A stretch of DNA of 64,000 nt from Squalus acanthias. Lineage: Eukaryota. This document shows positions 26,487-39,837 of this stretch, piece by piece; within the stretch, counting starts at the first letter, position 1; every line of letters starts with the position of its first letter. The stretch covers positions 67,024,001-67,088,000 of the forward strand of contig CM059438.1 in the NCBI GenBank assembly GCA_030390025.1. Direction: 5' to 3'. The translations under genes were made by a program, and so were the position numbers. A model generated the notes under the pieces. It was not told the DNA's origin and did no database searches. It worked only from the letters and a program-made list of their open reading frames with translations.

Positions 26487-28092
26487 CATAAGAACATAAG
26501 AAAATAAGAAATAGGAGCAGGAGTAGGCCACCTAATCCCTCGAGCCTGCTCCGCCATTCAATAAGATCATGGCTGATCTTCTACCTTATCTCCACTTTCC
26601 TGCACTATCCCCATATCCCTTGATTCCCTTAATATTCAAAAATCTATCGATCTCTGTCTTGAATGTACTCAACGACTGAGCGTCCACAGCCCTCTGGGGT
26701 AGAGAATTCCAAAGATTCACCACCCTCTGAGTGAAGAAATTTCTCCTCATCTCAGTCCTAAATGGCCGACCCCTTATTCTGAGACTGTGACCCCTGGTTC
26801 TAGACTCCCCAGCCAGGGGAAACATCCTCCCTGAATCTACCCTGTCAAACCCTGTAAGAATTTTGATTGTTTCAATGAGATCACCTCTCATTCTTCTAAA
26901 CTCTAGAGAATATAGGCCCATTCTGCTCAATCTCTCCTCATAGGACAATTCCCCCATCCAAGAAACCAGTCTGGTGAACCTTTGTTGCATTCCCTCTATG
27001 GTAAGTATATCCTTCCTTAGATAAGGAGACCAAAACTGTACACAATACTCCAGGTGTGGTCTCACCAGGGCCCTATATAATTGCAGTACGATGTCTTTAC
27101 TCTTATACTCAAACCCTCTTGTAATAAAGGCCAACATACCATTTGCTTTACTAATTGCTTGCTGTACCTGCATGTTAACTTTCAGTGATTCATGTACAAG
27201 GACACCCAGGTCCCTCTGAACACCAACATTTCCCAATCTCTCACCATTTAAAAAATACTCTGCTTTTCTATTTTTCCTACCAAAGTGGATAACTTCACAT
27301 TTCTACACATTATATTCCAATTGCCATATTCTTGCCCACTCACTTAGCCTGTCTATATCCCCTTGACGCCTCTTTGCATCCTCCTCACAACTTACATTCC
27401 CACCCAGCTTTGTATAATCAGCAAACTTGGATAAATTACATTTGGTCCCCTCATCTAAATCATTGATGTAGATTGTGAATAGCTGAGGCCCAAGCACTGA
27501 TCCTTGCGGTACCCCACTAGTTACAGCCTGCCAACACGAAAATGACCCGTTTATTCCTACTCTCTGTTTTCTGTCCGTTAACCAATCCTCAATCCATGCT
27601 AGTATATTACCCCAAACCCATGAGTCCTAATTTTGTTTAATAACCTCTTGTGTGTCACCTTATCAAATGCCTTCTGAAAATCCAAATACACCACATCCAC
27701 TGGTTCCCCCTTATCTATTCTGCTAGTTAGAACCTCAAAAAACGTGAACAGATTTGTCAAACACGATTTCCCTTTCATAAATCATGTTGACTCTGCCCAA
27801 TCCTTTTATTATTTTCTAAGTGCCCTGTTACCACGTCCTTAATAATAGATTCTAGCATTTTCCCTACTACTGATGTCAGGCTAGCTGGTTGTCGTTCCCC
27901 GTTTTCTCTCTCCCTCCTTTCTTAAATAGTGGGGTTACATTTGCTACCTTCCAATCCCCGGGAACCGTTCCAGAATCTATGGAATTTTGGAGAATGACAA
28001 CCAATGCAGCTACTATCTCCATAGCCACCTCTTGCAAAACCCTAGGATGTAGGCCATCAGGTCCAGGGGATTTATCGGCTTTCAGTCCCTTC
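26487..28092 (-). mobile_element. CR1 LINE, 5'-truncated, followed by a short L2 fragment (about 28093-28250)
   Basis: KSPGPDGLHPR, LGPQLFTIYINDLD, VRPHLEYCVQFWSP; (TTCTTATG) tail. Confidence 0.95.
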
Positions 28093-28820
28093 AGCATACA
28101 CATGGAAACTGACCCCATGTCTGTGGATGATATCACTGAGGAAAAGCAAGGAGTGGGAAGAGAAGACATTGCTGGAGATGCAGAGGCTGCGTTTGGACAA
28201 CTAGGAGTGGAACCACATGAGGGCAGATCCATTGAGCTCAACAACAGCCAAGAAACAATGGAGGAGGACTGCATGGTCGCACTTACCAAATACCATGGAG
28301 AAATTGAGGGGGGCAAGGAAGGATAAGGCACCATGATCACAGTCACTATTTTGGCGTGTGTACAACTATGGTATCAACCCATGTCCTCTCACACCTCGAC
28401 TCAGAGAGCAGATTCACCAAGCCACTGTTGGTATTCGTTTATTACAGGGGGAGAAAAGACAGTGTGGGATGGGCCTAGTAAACGTACCACGGAGAGGGAA
28501 AACAACTATTTTTTTTATAAACTGGAAAGGAAATATTATAAACTATATGGTATTGTGTAAGTGGATGCTGGTGAAGATAATTTGAAATGGAGACTCGTAC
28601 CATTCCTGAGGGAGATGCCTGTTTATCCTATGGTTGTACCTGTGGTGCTGGATGAATAAAGATTACTTCATCTGCTATGGTGTATATATTTACCCAGATT
28701 ACAGCACATTGTAAGTGGACAGGATTTTGCACCGGGTTTTTCTATTATCCCATATATTTTGGGACTGGCACTGCCAATCTGGGAACACAAGTGTGAAATA
28801 CAGGGCCCCTCTCACATTTA

Positions 28821-28955
28821 CAAAAGCAAAATACTGCGGATGCTGGAAATCTGAAATAAAAACAGAAAATGCTGGAAATACTCAGCAGGTCAGGCAGCAT
28901 CTGTGGAGAGAGAAACAGAGTTAACGTTTCAGGTCGATGACCCTTCGTCAGAACT
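28821..28955 (-). mobile_element. Penelope-like 3' fragment with an intact minimal hammerhead (28919-28955)
   Basis: Minus strand AGTT-CTGACGA-AGGGTC-ATC-GACCT-GAAACGTT-AACT; flanking repeat CACATTTA (28813-28820, 28966-28973). Confidence 0.9.
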
Positions 28956-29423
28956 TGTGTACTCGCACATTTAATTGTGCGAGTACACAAGACTATCCAA
29001 GGCTTTTTCTTGGTTCTGACTCTGGGTTACTTGCTTGCCGCCATTTCCACATGGACATACACCACTGCAAGTGGACGGAGGGGGTGGGGGCAACAATGAA
29101 AGAAGCACGTGTCCAGACAGCTGCTATTCCCAACTCTGTGATCAATAATCAGAAATAGCAGTCTGAAAATGCACCCAAATTAAAGAAACCTAATTTTGTA
29201 GAGAAATGTCAATAATATTTAGTGATCTGAACAGGCAGAAAAAACATCCTGTACAGTCCTGTCATTAGACAGAATGTCAAGATGGATTGCAGCAAGTCCA
29301 TTTATCTTTCACAATAGAATGTAATTATTCCTTCAGTATTTCATAGAAGAACACACGCTATTTTGTCGATTTGCAGGCAGAGGTTTGTGTGCATCAATCT
29401 GTGTTTTTGTGCAGATGGTATAT

Positions 29424-29595
29424 TAAAAAAAAAAAAATTCTCGGGATGTGGGCATCGCTGGCAATTTATTGCCCATCACCAGCTGTCCTAAGAAGGTGGT
29501 GATATGACTGTCTTCAACTCTTAAACTATCATAGTGGGATTTGAACTCGCACTCCTCTGGATTATCAGTCCAGTAACATAACCATTGTACTCCCA
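29424..29595 (-). mobile_element. Short tRNA-derived SINE sharing its 3' tail with the 12166-type LINE
   Basis: B-box-like GAGTTCAAATCC in the head; tail GGGCAATAAA..GCCAGCGATGCCCACATCCC-polyA. Confidence 0.7.
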
Positions 29596-32159
29596 TACCC
29601 GTGTGCTTTGAATTACAGGAACGCTGATTTCTGCTCTCCTTCCCCTCGCCCACCATTGCGGGTATGAACAGCCAATAGAATTGGATCATGCGAGATCCAA
29701 TCTGAGCCTTGGGTTTGTAATGTATTCTCACCCTAATGGAGGGGAGAGACACCCTAAAGCCACTTAGTACCAAATGAGCAAGCTGCATTCTTTCGGCAAC
29801 GCGTACCTCTGTATAACTTCCACTAAACACTTATATTTGGACCAAGATCCCGCCTGTAGATATTCCCAGTGTCGTGCAGAATTTATCAACTCAATTTTGA
29901 CTGCTGTGAGTATTTCCATCACGTGACCAGGCTTCACACTGTTGTTATCAACGTCGGGAATCTGATGTCCATTTTTGTGCATGCTTTATACAAAAAAAAT
30001 ACAAGGCAGAAAAAATGTCAAGCTACTAAAAGCAACGCTACCAGAGAAGCACTTGAATCAATGGATGTGAACGTATTATGTGAGAAGTATCAATAATAAT
30101 GAATATAATGTCACACGCAGTCGAATAATTCAAGAAAAATCAACTATTAGTCATGTTTTTCCTGAAAATGAATCATTTGTGCAGCCCAGCAACGGGAAGA
30201 TCGAGCTCTCCCACAGTATTGGAATTAATTGTGAAGTTAACTGAAACAGGCTCATGCTCATTGACAGCCAATCGAATGAATACAAACTAAAAGGACCCAA
30301 ATAGCCAGTTCAACATCAGTCATTTTCAGCACATATAGTATGTCTCCAGGACACTTTCTTTTACATATGCTCAGTCTTCATATTCTTTTAGTTTATGGCA
30401 GTGGTAAAATTTTTATAGGTTAAGTCATAGAGTCACTGAAGAAATACGTCACCAGACGACTCCCTGTTTATGATGACATTTATACAACTCATGAAATCAG
30501 TGCAGTCCGACTTTGTTGGGACCAGTTTCACACATTGTAAAAAAATGTTATCACACTACAAGCCATCCAATGTACTTTCTTCACCGAACAGAAAAATTCT
30601 CCTTTCTACCATCGCCCCCACCCCAGGCTCCCCTCCCCACCCCCACCCGGCCGAACACCACCAAACATCTCCTACATAATACTCTACATCCATCACCTTC
30701 CTTCCAATCTCATGCTCCCAGTGCACACAATCTTTTTTCCTTTCACAGTGCAGCGGCTGCATCATGAAATGCCGACTGCCTCCACTCAATCCAAAATCTT
30801 CATTCTGCCAATCCTTCCAAGATATAGTTGCTTCGTGTTTCTTGCACGTGCAACCGACAGGTACCACCCCTTTATCTTTACCCATTGATCTCTTGGCCTG
30901 TTGATATTCTTGTCATCGTTATCGCCTCTGATCACAAATGCATTGTGGGCCTTGACCCTTCACCCTAGCTTCTCAGTTTAAAAAAATCTGTGCAGTCTTT
31001 AAGCTCAGGAAGAGCAAACGGCATGGTTGGGAAGTAGCGGTGATTGTGGGCTGATCGCCAGGGGTTGAGAACACAGTGAGATTGTACCGCTGGGTAAATC
31101 CTGTGTCACTAAATTGCACGGTTGTTGCAGACATAGAGAACACACCCACTCGTCCCAGGAGTTGGCTTTTTGTTAGTGGTTCTGCTAAAAATAAGGTTGT
31201 TGTGGAGATGAATTATAGATTTGCTGCTTTATGCGATTGTTTTCCATCAGTGCTCCAGTGCCATTTGTTTGCTGGAGTCACTGATGAAATTGCCCAAAGT
31301 TGTCTTTATTTCTCTTGTTGCTATTTAAGTATTTTTGCTGCTTGTTTCCTTCGACCTTTGTGAATGATGATACAGGGTACGATGATTACTGGTTGCGTGT
31401 AGACGTATGTATTATTACCAAGGTTCTTTTGAATAATGATCGCTCAGTTTTATTGTAAAAGACTGCAAAACTTGCTTTCTTTGGCTCTCTTTTTCTCAAT
31501 TAAATGTAATCATTAAAAATAACATTATATTTTATGCATTGAGAGGAAATGAAAGTCATTAAGGAGTGGCCATTTATGCTGCCCTCACTGGCGAGTTCAG
31601 ACTAAATAACATTAGCAGAGCAGGTTTACTCACCTGAAACAGCCTTTACCTGTCTATTTTTTTTATGCGACTGCAGCATCCTTGGGCCTCCTTGACAGCA
31701 GCAACATGAACGCCTCTTTAAACACTGCTCCACTTCCGTCATCATGCCATATGAGCTGTCCTGCTTCAGCAGCTTTTGCAAAATAAACACGGTGGTAGCA
31801 TTCTTGATCCTTTGCCAGAAGGCTTCACAGCAAGACAGAGGGTATCCCCTTCCTTGTCAAGTCTGCCAGTCGGGATTGCCAGAGAAGTCATTTTCAATTG
31901 CCTCTTTACTATGCTTGCCATTAACCCATCTCTCTCTCTCTCCGATAGTTGCAATGTCTGTTTAAAAAGGCTGCAGTAGGGCTAAATCCAACAGGACGAA
32001 TTCTCATGAGCAGAGGTTATATTCTTCCCCTCAGTGTCTTTACCAGTTGATCTCCTGTGGTGGTGCTAATGGACAAAAATATTGTTCGCGAACTGCAACT
32101 TTTACTTTTTACTCTGCCAGTATCTCTTTCTCTCTCTCCCTCTCTCTCTCTCTCTCAGT

Positions 32160-32278
32160 GGGGGTAATTTTAACTTTTGGGTACAGTGTCAAATGGGTGA
32201 TATTAGGAGAGGTGAATAATGGGCAGCCAATCAGATATCGCCCATTTGACACTGTCGCCAAAAGTTAAAGTTACCCTC
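32160..32278. mobile_element. Small palindromic MITE
   Basis: About 43-bp imperfect arms GGGTAATTTTAACTTTTGG..ACAGTGTCAAATGGGTGATAT / ATATCGCCCATTTGACACTGT..CCAAAAGTTAAAGTTACCC. Confidence 0.8.
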
Positions 32279-33757
32279 CGGTAAGTTTCTCCTTCCCTCT
32301 GTCTCTCTTTTCTGTATGTCTCTCTCATGGTATATGTCTGCACCTTACACACTGAACCTAACACTTGTAAAGACAAGGACAAACCATAAGGCGAGAGCCA
32401 AAATGCAGCGGGCATCCTAGAGATGGTGGCACTTGCACGGATGGAAGAGAAATGGGGAGATTTAGTCATCAACTTGGAGGGAAGAGGTGTTTGGGATATG
32501 GACCAGGTGACAGCAGAGGGCACCAGGTTTGGCCTGGGCTAGAGCTGTGGATCTGTAGACAAGGCCTTGTACCCCTTCCCCCCACCCCTCCTCCCCACAC
32601 CACTGTCTGGATATTCTCCCTGTCGATATGAAAATCAATCTGGCATTACGGCCCTGACTGGTCCTGCTACATTCGGAACAGCTGCAACACACACTAGGAG
32701 GGTGGGGTTACACCCTGGACCAGGGAGACTGCGGGCTTCAAGACTGAGGAAGGAGCAGGGAGTAAATGCAGTGCAGCTTTCGGTCCAAACATGAAGTGTG
32801 GTGGGCAGGTGGGTTGGGTACACAACAGGAGGCCGGGGTCATCGATGAAAAGGGAGCACTGCAGAGGGAGAGAGGGAAGCAAGGGAAGTATTGTAATGGT
32901 GACCCCTTTGCTTTGGGGTGAGGGGCCATTGCCAACATGTGTGTGCAGTCATAGCACTGCTGCTGTGGACCAACAGCATGACTTTTAGGAGGATGCACAG
33001 GCTCAGTCGGGATTGGTAGCAGCTGATTTTCCACTCGCCGATCCTGCTGCAACAGAAGGAGCCGCACACCACACACACATCACCTGACGTTCCAGGTACA
33101 GAGATTGAGCCTGATTAAAGCTCTGATCCCCAGTCTGAAGCACCATCACCTTGTCCCTCTGACTGTCTGAACAAGGCTCGGAGCCAAGGAGAGTGGAAGG
33201 TATTGTAGCTACTCTCAACCCTATCGTGAGCAAGACTGGGAAAGGGCAGTACTGAAGTACTTGCGGGCGGAAGAGGGGGCAGGAGGGAGTGAGGGCTGTG
33301 CCTAAGAGGGAGTAGGGGAATAATGGGGGACACTCTTGGGACGGGCTTGTGAGAGAACAGAACAGAGGTCTGAGAGCAAGCAGAAGTCAGGTTAAGTTGG
33401 TAAAATTCTTGAAGAATTAATGAAAGGGGGAATGGGGATGAAGTTGGGTTGATTTTTTTCCCCCAAAACAATCTGACTGATCCAAGCTGTCACCTGGCTA
33501 GTATAGACCAATAAATAACAATCTCAATACGGTATTACAGACATCCAATATTACTGACATACAGCCTGGAAGCTTCTGATTATCTAAATTATCTACTGGT
33601 AACCTTAACATGGAGTCCGCAAAATTATTTTCAAAGTATTAAAGTGCTTGAATCTGCTTGTGACATTCAGGTGCATGATTCACGTTCCATTTACGTTTAT
33701 GTGCAGCTGAAATTCTCTCTAACCAGAGATATTTTGATTATCTACATTAAAGACCAT

Positions 33758-34651
33758 GGGTGGAAAAATTCAGTTGGTTGCGCCTCCCGTTAGCGCCTTA
33801 AGAGGGCGCTAATGGGGCGCAAAGCATCTAGCGCCAAGGCGCGGCGAACTTTGCGCCGCTCGCCAAATTAACTAGACATTTTGTGGCGGCGCTAAACACT
33901 ACTGCCACGATCTCCTGCGCCCGCAGATCGTGATGTCAGTTGAGTGCGCAACGCCCCGGTATCACCCCGGAGCGGATATTGAGTGGCGCCCCCTGCCTTA
34001 CCGCCTGACGCTAGCAACGACAGGTTGAGGGGAGCGTACTGCAGTCATGAAGGGAAAGGGGGAGCGCTATTTAAAGGTGACCGCTTCCTGCCTTTTATTG
34101 TTGGTGCCATTTTTGAACTATGCATTCTGAGCGAGAGAGAGAGAGAATTCTGGAGAGATTCAACGTTGTGTGAAGGAATTTTGGGTACTGAGCAGCACTT
34201 TGCAGGTTCATTTTGATTTGCCATTCCTTGTATCGATTTAGAAGAGACTGTGGGGGCTGCACTCTGAGCTATTTGCCTGGTACGCTCCATTGATCTTTCC
34301 AGCAGATTTGATGTGCAGGTCTCTCCAGGCCGAGATTCAAGGCTGCAATGAGCAGGATGTGGATGGAAAGCAAGATTAACCAACCCCTTTAAGAACTGGC
34401 CCGTGTCATTGTGTGTGTGTTCCATTGTTGACTGACATTACATGAGCTTCGCCAGCGCTCTGAGGTAGCGCCTCGCTCCTCGGCCTTTGCGCCTTAAGAC
34501 AGGTGTGAAGCGCCTGATTTAGCGCTCCAATCACCTCCAGGGGCGATAAAAGTCAAGTTTGCAGTTGGTGGCGATAATTAGCGCCAGGTGCTAATCTTTG
34601 CGCACGGCCGATAATTGCGCCCCAAATGGGGCGATAATGAATTTCTCCCCC
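33758..34651 (-). mobile_element. Harbinger-type MITE, inverted sister of 8209-9068
   Basis: TIRs GGGTGGAAAAATTC / GAATTTCTCCCCC; TSD CAT (or ATG with a 1-bp shift). Confidence 0.92.
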
Positions 34652-35788
34652 CATGGGCCTTGTCGGCTGTCACTGAAGGAAGCCATTAATAGCTGCAAAA
34701 TTTAGACTGCTTACAATAAAGGAAAAGGAAGTGTGATGGTGGAAGAGAGAGAGAAAAAAAATGACTGACCTTTTTTCCCTTTGGGTTCCAGTCTAGCGTG
34801 TGTCTCATTAAAAAAGCCTCAAATTGCAAAACGTGATTGTAAAATTGCTGGGTCTGTGAAATGCCAGTGAGATGGGCACGAATCTAGGCCAATGTCAAAC
34901 AAAGCACCATTTTAAATATTTATGTTAAAAAGCTGAGTATATTTAACTATAGAAAAATAAAGGAGTTATTATTTTCTAATTGGTGCCACACAAGGCCAAA
35001 GTGTGACTGGGAAATGACATTTCTTGGTATGATATACGGTCTCAGTGACTTTAATATACTTCTCATACTTGACAGGATAATCACATATTCATTTAAGTGG
35101 AATACAAAAATAAATCTTCTATCATCATTCATCAGAGAGCTGATGAGTGACAGTGCCGAGAACTGCATTTTAGCTTTAACATAGCCTTGTTAAACTGACA
35201 TTTGTGCCAATGTTGAGGGTGGTCACAGCTCATGGGGAAGTATTCTCGTTGGTTCATTCTACGAAACATCGAGGAGCAATTTGTTGCACGATCTCTGTCC
35301 ACCCCCATTGGCTGATGGGTGTTGTGATGTTGTGTCATGTGCTGCAGCATGAGCTCGTATAAAATAGTTACATTACCCTTCTTGTCCTCCCGCCTCCTGA
35401 AGGTGCTGGCACGTAGTATGGTACAGTTCCAAAGGTGGGACTTCCCTCTGGTGCACCACCACCCACCCCCCCCTTCCCCAAGCTGGTCATTCTCCACCAT
35501 GTGTGCTTAGGCATTGAGTTGCGGTGGGCCATTGAACTTTGGAGGCCATGATAGCTGAACCCCTATCTTGCGCGCAACCCAATTTCCACACAAGGATCCT
35601 CTCCAGATTAGTCACTGCACAGCAGTCAGGAGCAGGAACTCGCGTTGATTTTTCTATTTCTCCTTTTTTAGTCCATGGCAGTGCCCCTCACTAACACCCT
35701 GGCTGAGATCAGCTAACTCAACATAAACTAGTACCTGGGACCTTCTTCATCTTTCTGGCTAAATTGCTCATTCTGTGCTGCATTTAAA

Positions 35789-36137
35789 AAGCAAGACTTG
35801 CATTTATATAGTGCCTTTCATGACATCCCAAAGCGCTTTATAGCCAATGAAGTACCTTTGAAGCGTAGTCACTGTTGTAATGTAGGAAACGTGGCAACCA
35901 ATTTGCACACAGCAACCTCCCACAAACAGCAATGTGATAATGACCAGATAATCTGGTTTTTTTGTGTGATGTTGATTGAGGGATAAATATTGGCCAGGAC
36001 ACCAGGGATAACTCCCCTGCTCTTCTTCGAAATAGTGCCATGGATCTTTGACGTCCACCTGAGAGAGCAGACGGGGCCTGGATTTAACGTCTCACCAGAA
36101 TGGCACTCCCACAGTACTGCACGGAGCGTCAGCCTGA
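35789..36137 (-). mobile_element. Deu-core SINE with L2-like tail
   Basis: Core homology with 36659-36989; tail TATATAAATGCAAGTC. Confidence 0.85.
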
Positions 36138-36658
36138 ACCTTTTGGGGAACTAAGCAAATTACTGTTGAAGTATAACATTTTACTGCAAAGTCAAACTTG
36201 TTGGAATAATTGTGCATTCTGCAAGGACACTTCACCAGATGACAATGCCCCTTGAAGTAAACATGTCATCCCCTAATGTTCTTTTAGAGCAGCTTTCATC
36301 AGTTGAAGAGGAGAAGTGATTGTTGACTTTGAACTTTGAAGCTGATAAATTTGATTTTGCTCAACAGAAAGTTGAAAAGTTCAGTAGAGTTATCATGGTT
36401 ATGAGAGTTGTAGAGACGGCAGGTGTATTTAATAAGATGAGAGAGAGAGATTCTTAGCCACAGGAGATTGGAGTTAAGTGATTAAACCTAAGTTGAGCAG
36501 TAGGGACAAGAGAATAAACCTCCACTGGATGGAAGTTTAAGTGAAATATAATCAGCTAAAGGATCCAAGAGATTAGATTGCAGATGTAGCTACTTAAAGA
36601 TGGCGCTGCCAAAACTATCACATCAGAGCAAAAATTATGGTGAACTCAACCTTTTGCA

Positions 36659-36989
36659 CTTTCGGATGAGACGTTAAACCGAGGCCCCGTCTGCCCTCTC
36701 AGGTGGACGTAAAAGATCCCACGGCACTATTTTGAAGAAGAGCAGGCGAGTTGTCTCCGGTGTGCTGGGGCCAATATTTATCCCTCAACCAACATAACAA
36801 AAAACAGATTATCTGGTCATTATCACAGTGCTGTTTGTGGGACCTTGCTGTGCGCAAATTGGCTGCCGCGTTTCCCACATTACAACAGTGACGCCACCAC
36901 AAAAAAGTACTTCATTGGCTGTAAAGCGCTTTGAGACGTCCGGTGGTCGTGAAAGGCGCTATATAAATGCAAGTCTTTCTTTTCTTTTC
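36659..36989 (+). mobile_element. Deu-core SINE, 5'-truncated
   Basis: GGATGAGACGTTAAACCGAGGCCCCGTCTGCC...AAAAGATCCCACGGCACTA; tail GGCGCTATATAAATGCAAGTCTTTC. Confidence 0.87.
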
Positions 36990-37877
36990 ACTGTTTCATA
37001 TTGTCTGTTCACAAAGGTCAAGAATGTCGATGCTAGAGACCAGGAGATTTTTTCTACTGTTTCATACCCAGTGTCACCCATGTTGAGCTTCCAGATTAGA
37101 TACAGGCTGGTTAGTTCCTCCATCCCTGCACTAACCTCAAAGCAACACTCCACGGTACATCAATGTGGCATTTCAATTTCCTACAACAGCAATCCTGACG
37201 GCCTCTGAGTGAACTCTGTGGATAGTTTAGTGCGAAGAACCAGTGCCATGAGTGACCTAGGTTGTGATTGCCTAAGCTCACATTTTTGAAAGGACCCCAC
37301 CAATCTTCAGAGCGAGGAGAATTTCCAGCAATTAGTTTGGATTGGATTCAAACCTTGGTCTCAGAGATGCAAAGACGGTACGTAAAATTGGACCATTCCC
37401 CTTCTTTTGATGTTTTTGAAAAAAAAATGTCCACGAGTGCTGGTGATGTCAACGGGGAAAGGGATGTTATTGAGTTTGATCTGTGTGGGAGTGTTGAATT
37501 TATTGCACAACTAAAGTGGAAGAATCACTTATACATGCTTGACTGTGTATTTACTAAATTTAGTATTTAGTAACCCTTCCAACTTAGCACCCTGATTATT
37601 GTCAGCATTTGGTACTTGACAGGAACATTCTAATAGCAGCACTTGGGAGTTCCAATATGCTGTAAATGTGAGCGTGAATGACAGAGAAGAAAGATAAGAG
37701 ATGTGAAAGATGCTTAAATCTGGATTAATTATGTCAATTATTTTCTTGTAAAGGAAAATTAACTATTGGAACAATTCCAGGTTCCAAAACAACCAACCAT
37801 GCACACCACCCAGATTAGTTGATTAAAACAAAGTCACGCTATATGTTAAAAAACAAATTAAAAGTTTAAAGACTATG

Positions 37878-38625
37878 GGGGAGAAATACACTATTGCCCC
37901 GTTTGGGGTGCTAATTTTTAAAAGTTTGAAAAGTTAGCGCCAGGCGCTACCGATTTCAAACTTTAGAAAAATTCACCGTTTGCGCTCCAAGAAGGAAGTG
38001 GAGCGCTAAATCAAGCGCACACTTCCTCCTTGGAACGCAATCGGCAGCAGGCGGGGCGGAGACTTCAGCAGCACCACACACTGGGCCGTGCAGCGCTGCC
38101 GCGTTCAAAGGCTCTTTCCCTCCCTTAAAGGGAAGGGCCATCGCTGCAGGCTCTGCAATTTAAAAAAATACCTCCCTGGACCACCAAGGCAGCCGCGATC
38201 CCGCGCGATCAGCCGGGCACTCAAGCAGAGCGCTGGGCTGATCGATCACGGGCAGGAAATAGCGAAAAAAACTGGAACAAGAAAGGAAAGGTTTTTTCCA
38301 CTTACCCCGGCCACCTCACCTTTCATCATCGCCCCCGAAGTGGCCGGCCACCCGATGCACGCCTCCTGCAGCTGTCGGTGTTTTCGACCAGCGCTGATGC
38401 AGGGGGCGGAAGTCAATTTTGGGTCTGGGGTGCTACCGGGGCGATGCGCACGATGACGTCACGATCTCCGGGCGAAGGAGATCGAAGTGCAACGCCGTAG
38501 CGCCGCCGCAAAACTCCCGCCGAATATGGTGGGGGTTGATGTTAGCGCTGCGCCCGGTCGCAAAGCCATTCGTGCCCCGTTAGCGCCCCCCGGGAGGCGC
38601 AAAGGCACCCAATTTCCCCCCCCCC
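37878..38625. mobile_element. GC-rich Harbinger-type MITE
   Basis: GGGGAGAAAT / ATTTCCCCC termini; TSD ATG; TAGCGCC subterminal motifs shared with the 8209 and 46237 elements. Confidence 0.85.
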
Positions 38626-39714
38626 ATGACTCATAATGTAATTATTCTTTACACTACTCCCAATATAACTGCAGACAGCAACAATCAATGTTTAACGGTC
38701 AGCACAGACACCGTAATTACTGTTGCATACCTTGTAAAAGTTGTGCACAGCCACCATTTTGTACGTTATTATTTTGTACGTTATTTGTTAATCCATGAAA
38801 TATTACACCAGAGATGAACTCCAAAAGCATGTGGTCCCCTCGGGAAATGTAACGGCTGAATTTTTCCTTGAGGAACAAACCAGTATGGTACAATAATTAT
38901 ATTCCAATGGCATGAGTGCATCCAAATCTGACTCACTGAAAATTGTTCTTTGAATGTTGATCAAAAGTAGTCAAGCTGTATTCAAGTTACACAGAGTGCA
39001 ACTGACAGACTACCATGTGTTAATCACCTGCTTCAGTGTGTCAAGAGTTTTAAAAACTTCTACATTTGACCGAGGTCAATCACATGACTCAAAGGGTGCT
39101 CCTAACCTCCTGACAGCTATTCACTACCATACCTAACCCAGTGCGCCCAGGTTGAATTAACTGCTGTAGTTTCCTTACAAGTAGACCAAATCAAAGGAGA
39201 CAATGCAGGAGTACCTTAAATCTCCCAAGGTTTTGGGGGTACAATATTTAGTTGGAGTTAACCCTACCAAGGCATAATGTCATAAAATTGTATTTTAACT
39301 TAAGTTTTCTTAGATATCAACTGTATTCACGTTTCCCCAATAGTTAGCGCAACAACTTTGGCTGCCCTAATTATACTCAACTTTGCCATTGGTTTACACT
39401 ACCTTAGATCAGCTCAGCATTCCACAGATTTGGTATCAGCGGGTGAAAGTTTGGCCATAATGAAAACTTCTTGTTGCGCTACTTGTACAGAAAAGGTAAA
39501 CATATAGTCGTCAAACAAATAGATGTATCTATTAGAAGGTCGGAACTTTGGGCTGTTCTACAGATATTGCCTGTTTCAAAAGATTCTGCAAAAACTATCG
39601 TCTAGCCACAAAATAGAGTCCTGAACTTGAAATGGATTATTTAATACAATCTTTTCTGAGCATTTCTAACCGCTTTCTTTCACTCATAAACACTTCCAGA
39701 AATTACCTCAGGAT

Positions 39715-39796
39715 GGCCCAGAATTTCCAGAACGTGTTGGCGTAATTAAACTGTAAGAGGAGTGTCGTACCATTTATTCCGAGGAAATTCACGCCT
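39715..39796. mobile_element. Tiny MITE; a similar one lies at about 42725-42840
   Basis: GGCCCAGAATTTCC ... GGAAATTCACGCC termini. Confidence 0.55.
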
Positions 39797-39837
39797 AACT
39801 TATTTATGCCAGTTTTACACTGAAACATCATCACGTG

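Noticed and set aside
27876..28346. 156-aa ORF
   Set aside because: Chance join of unique DNA, out-of-frame L2 and CR1 sequence
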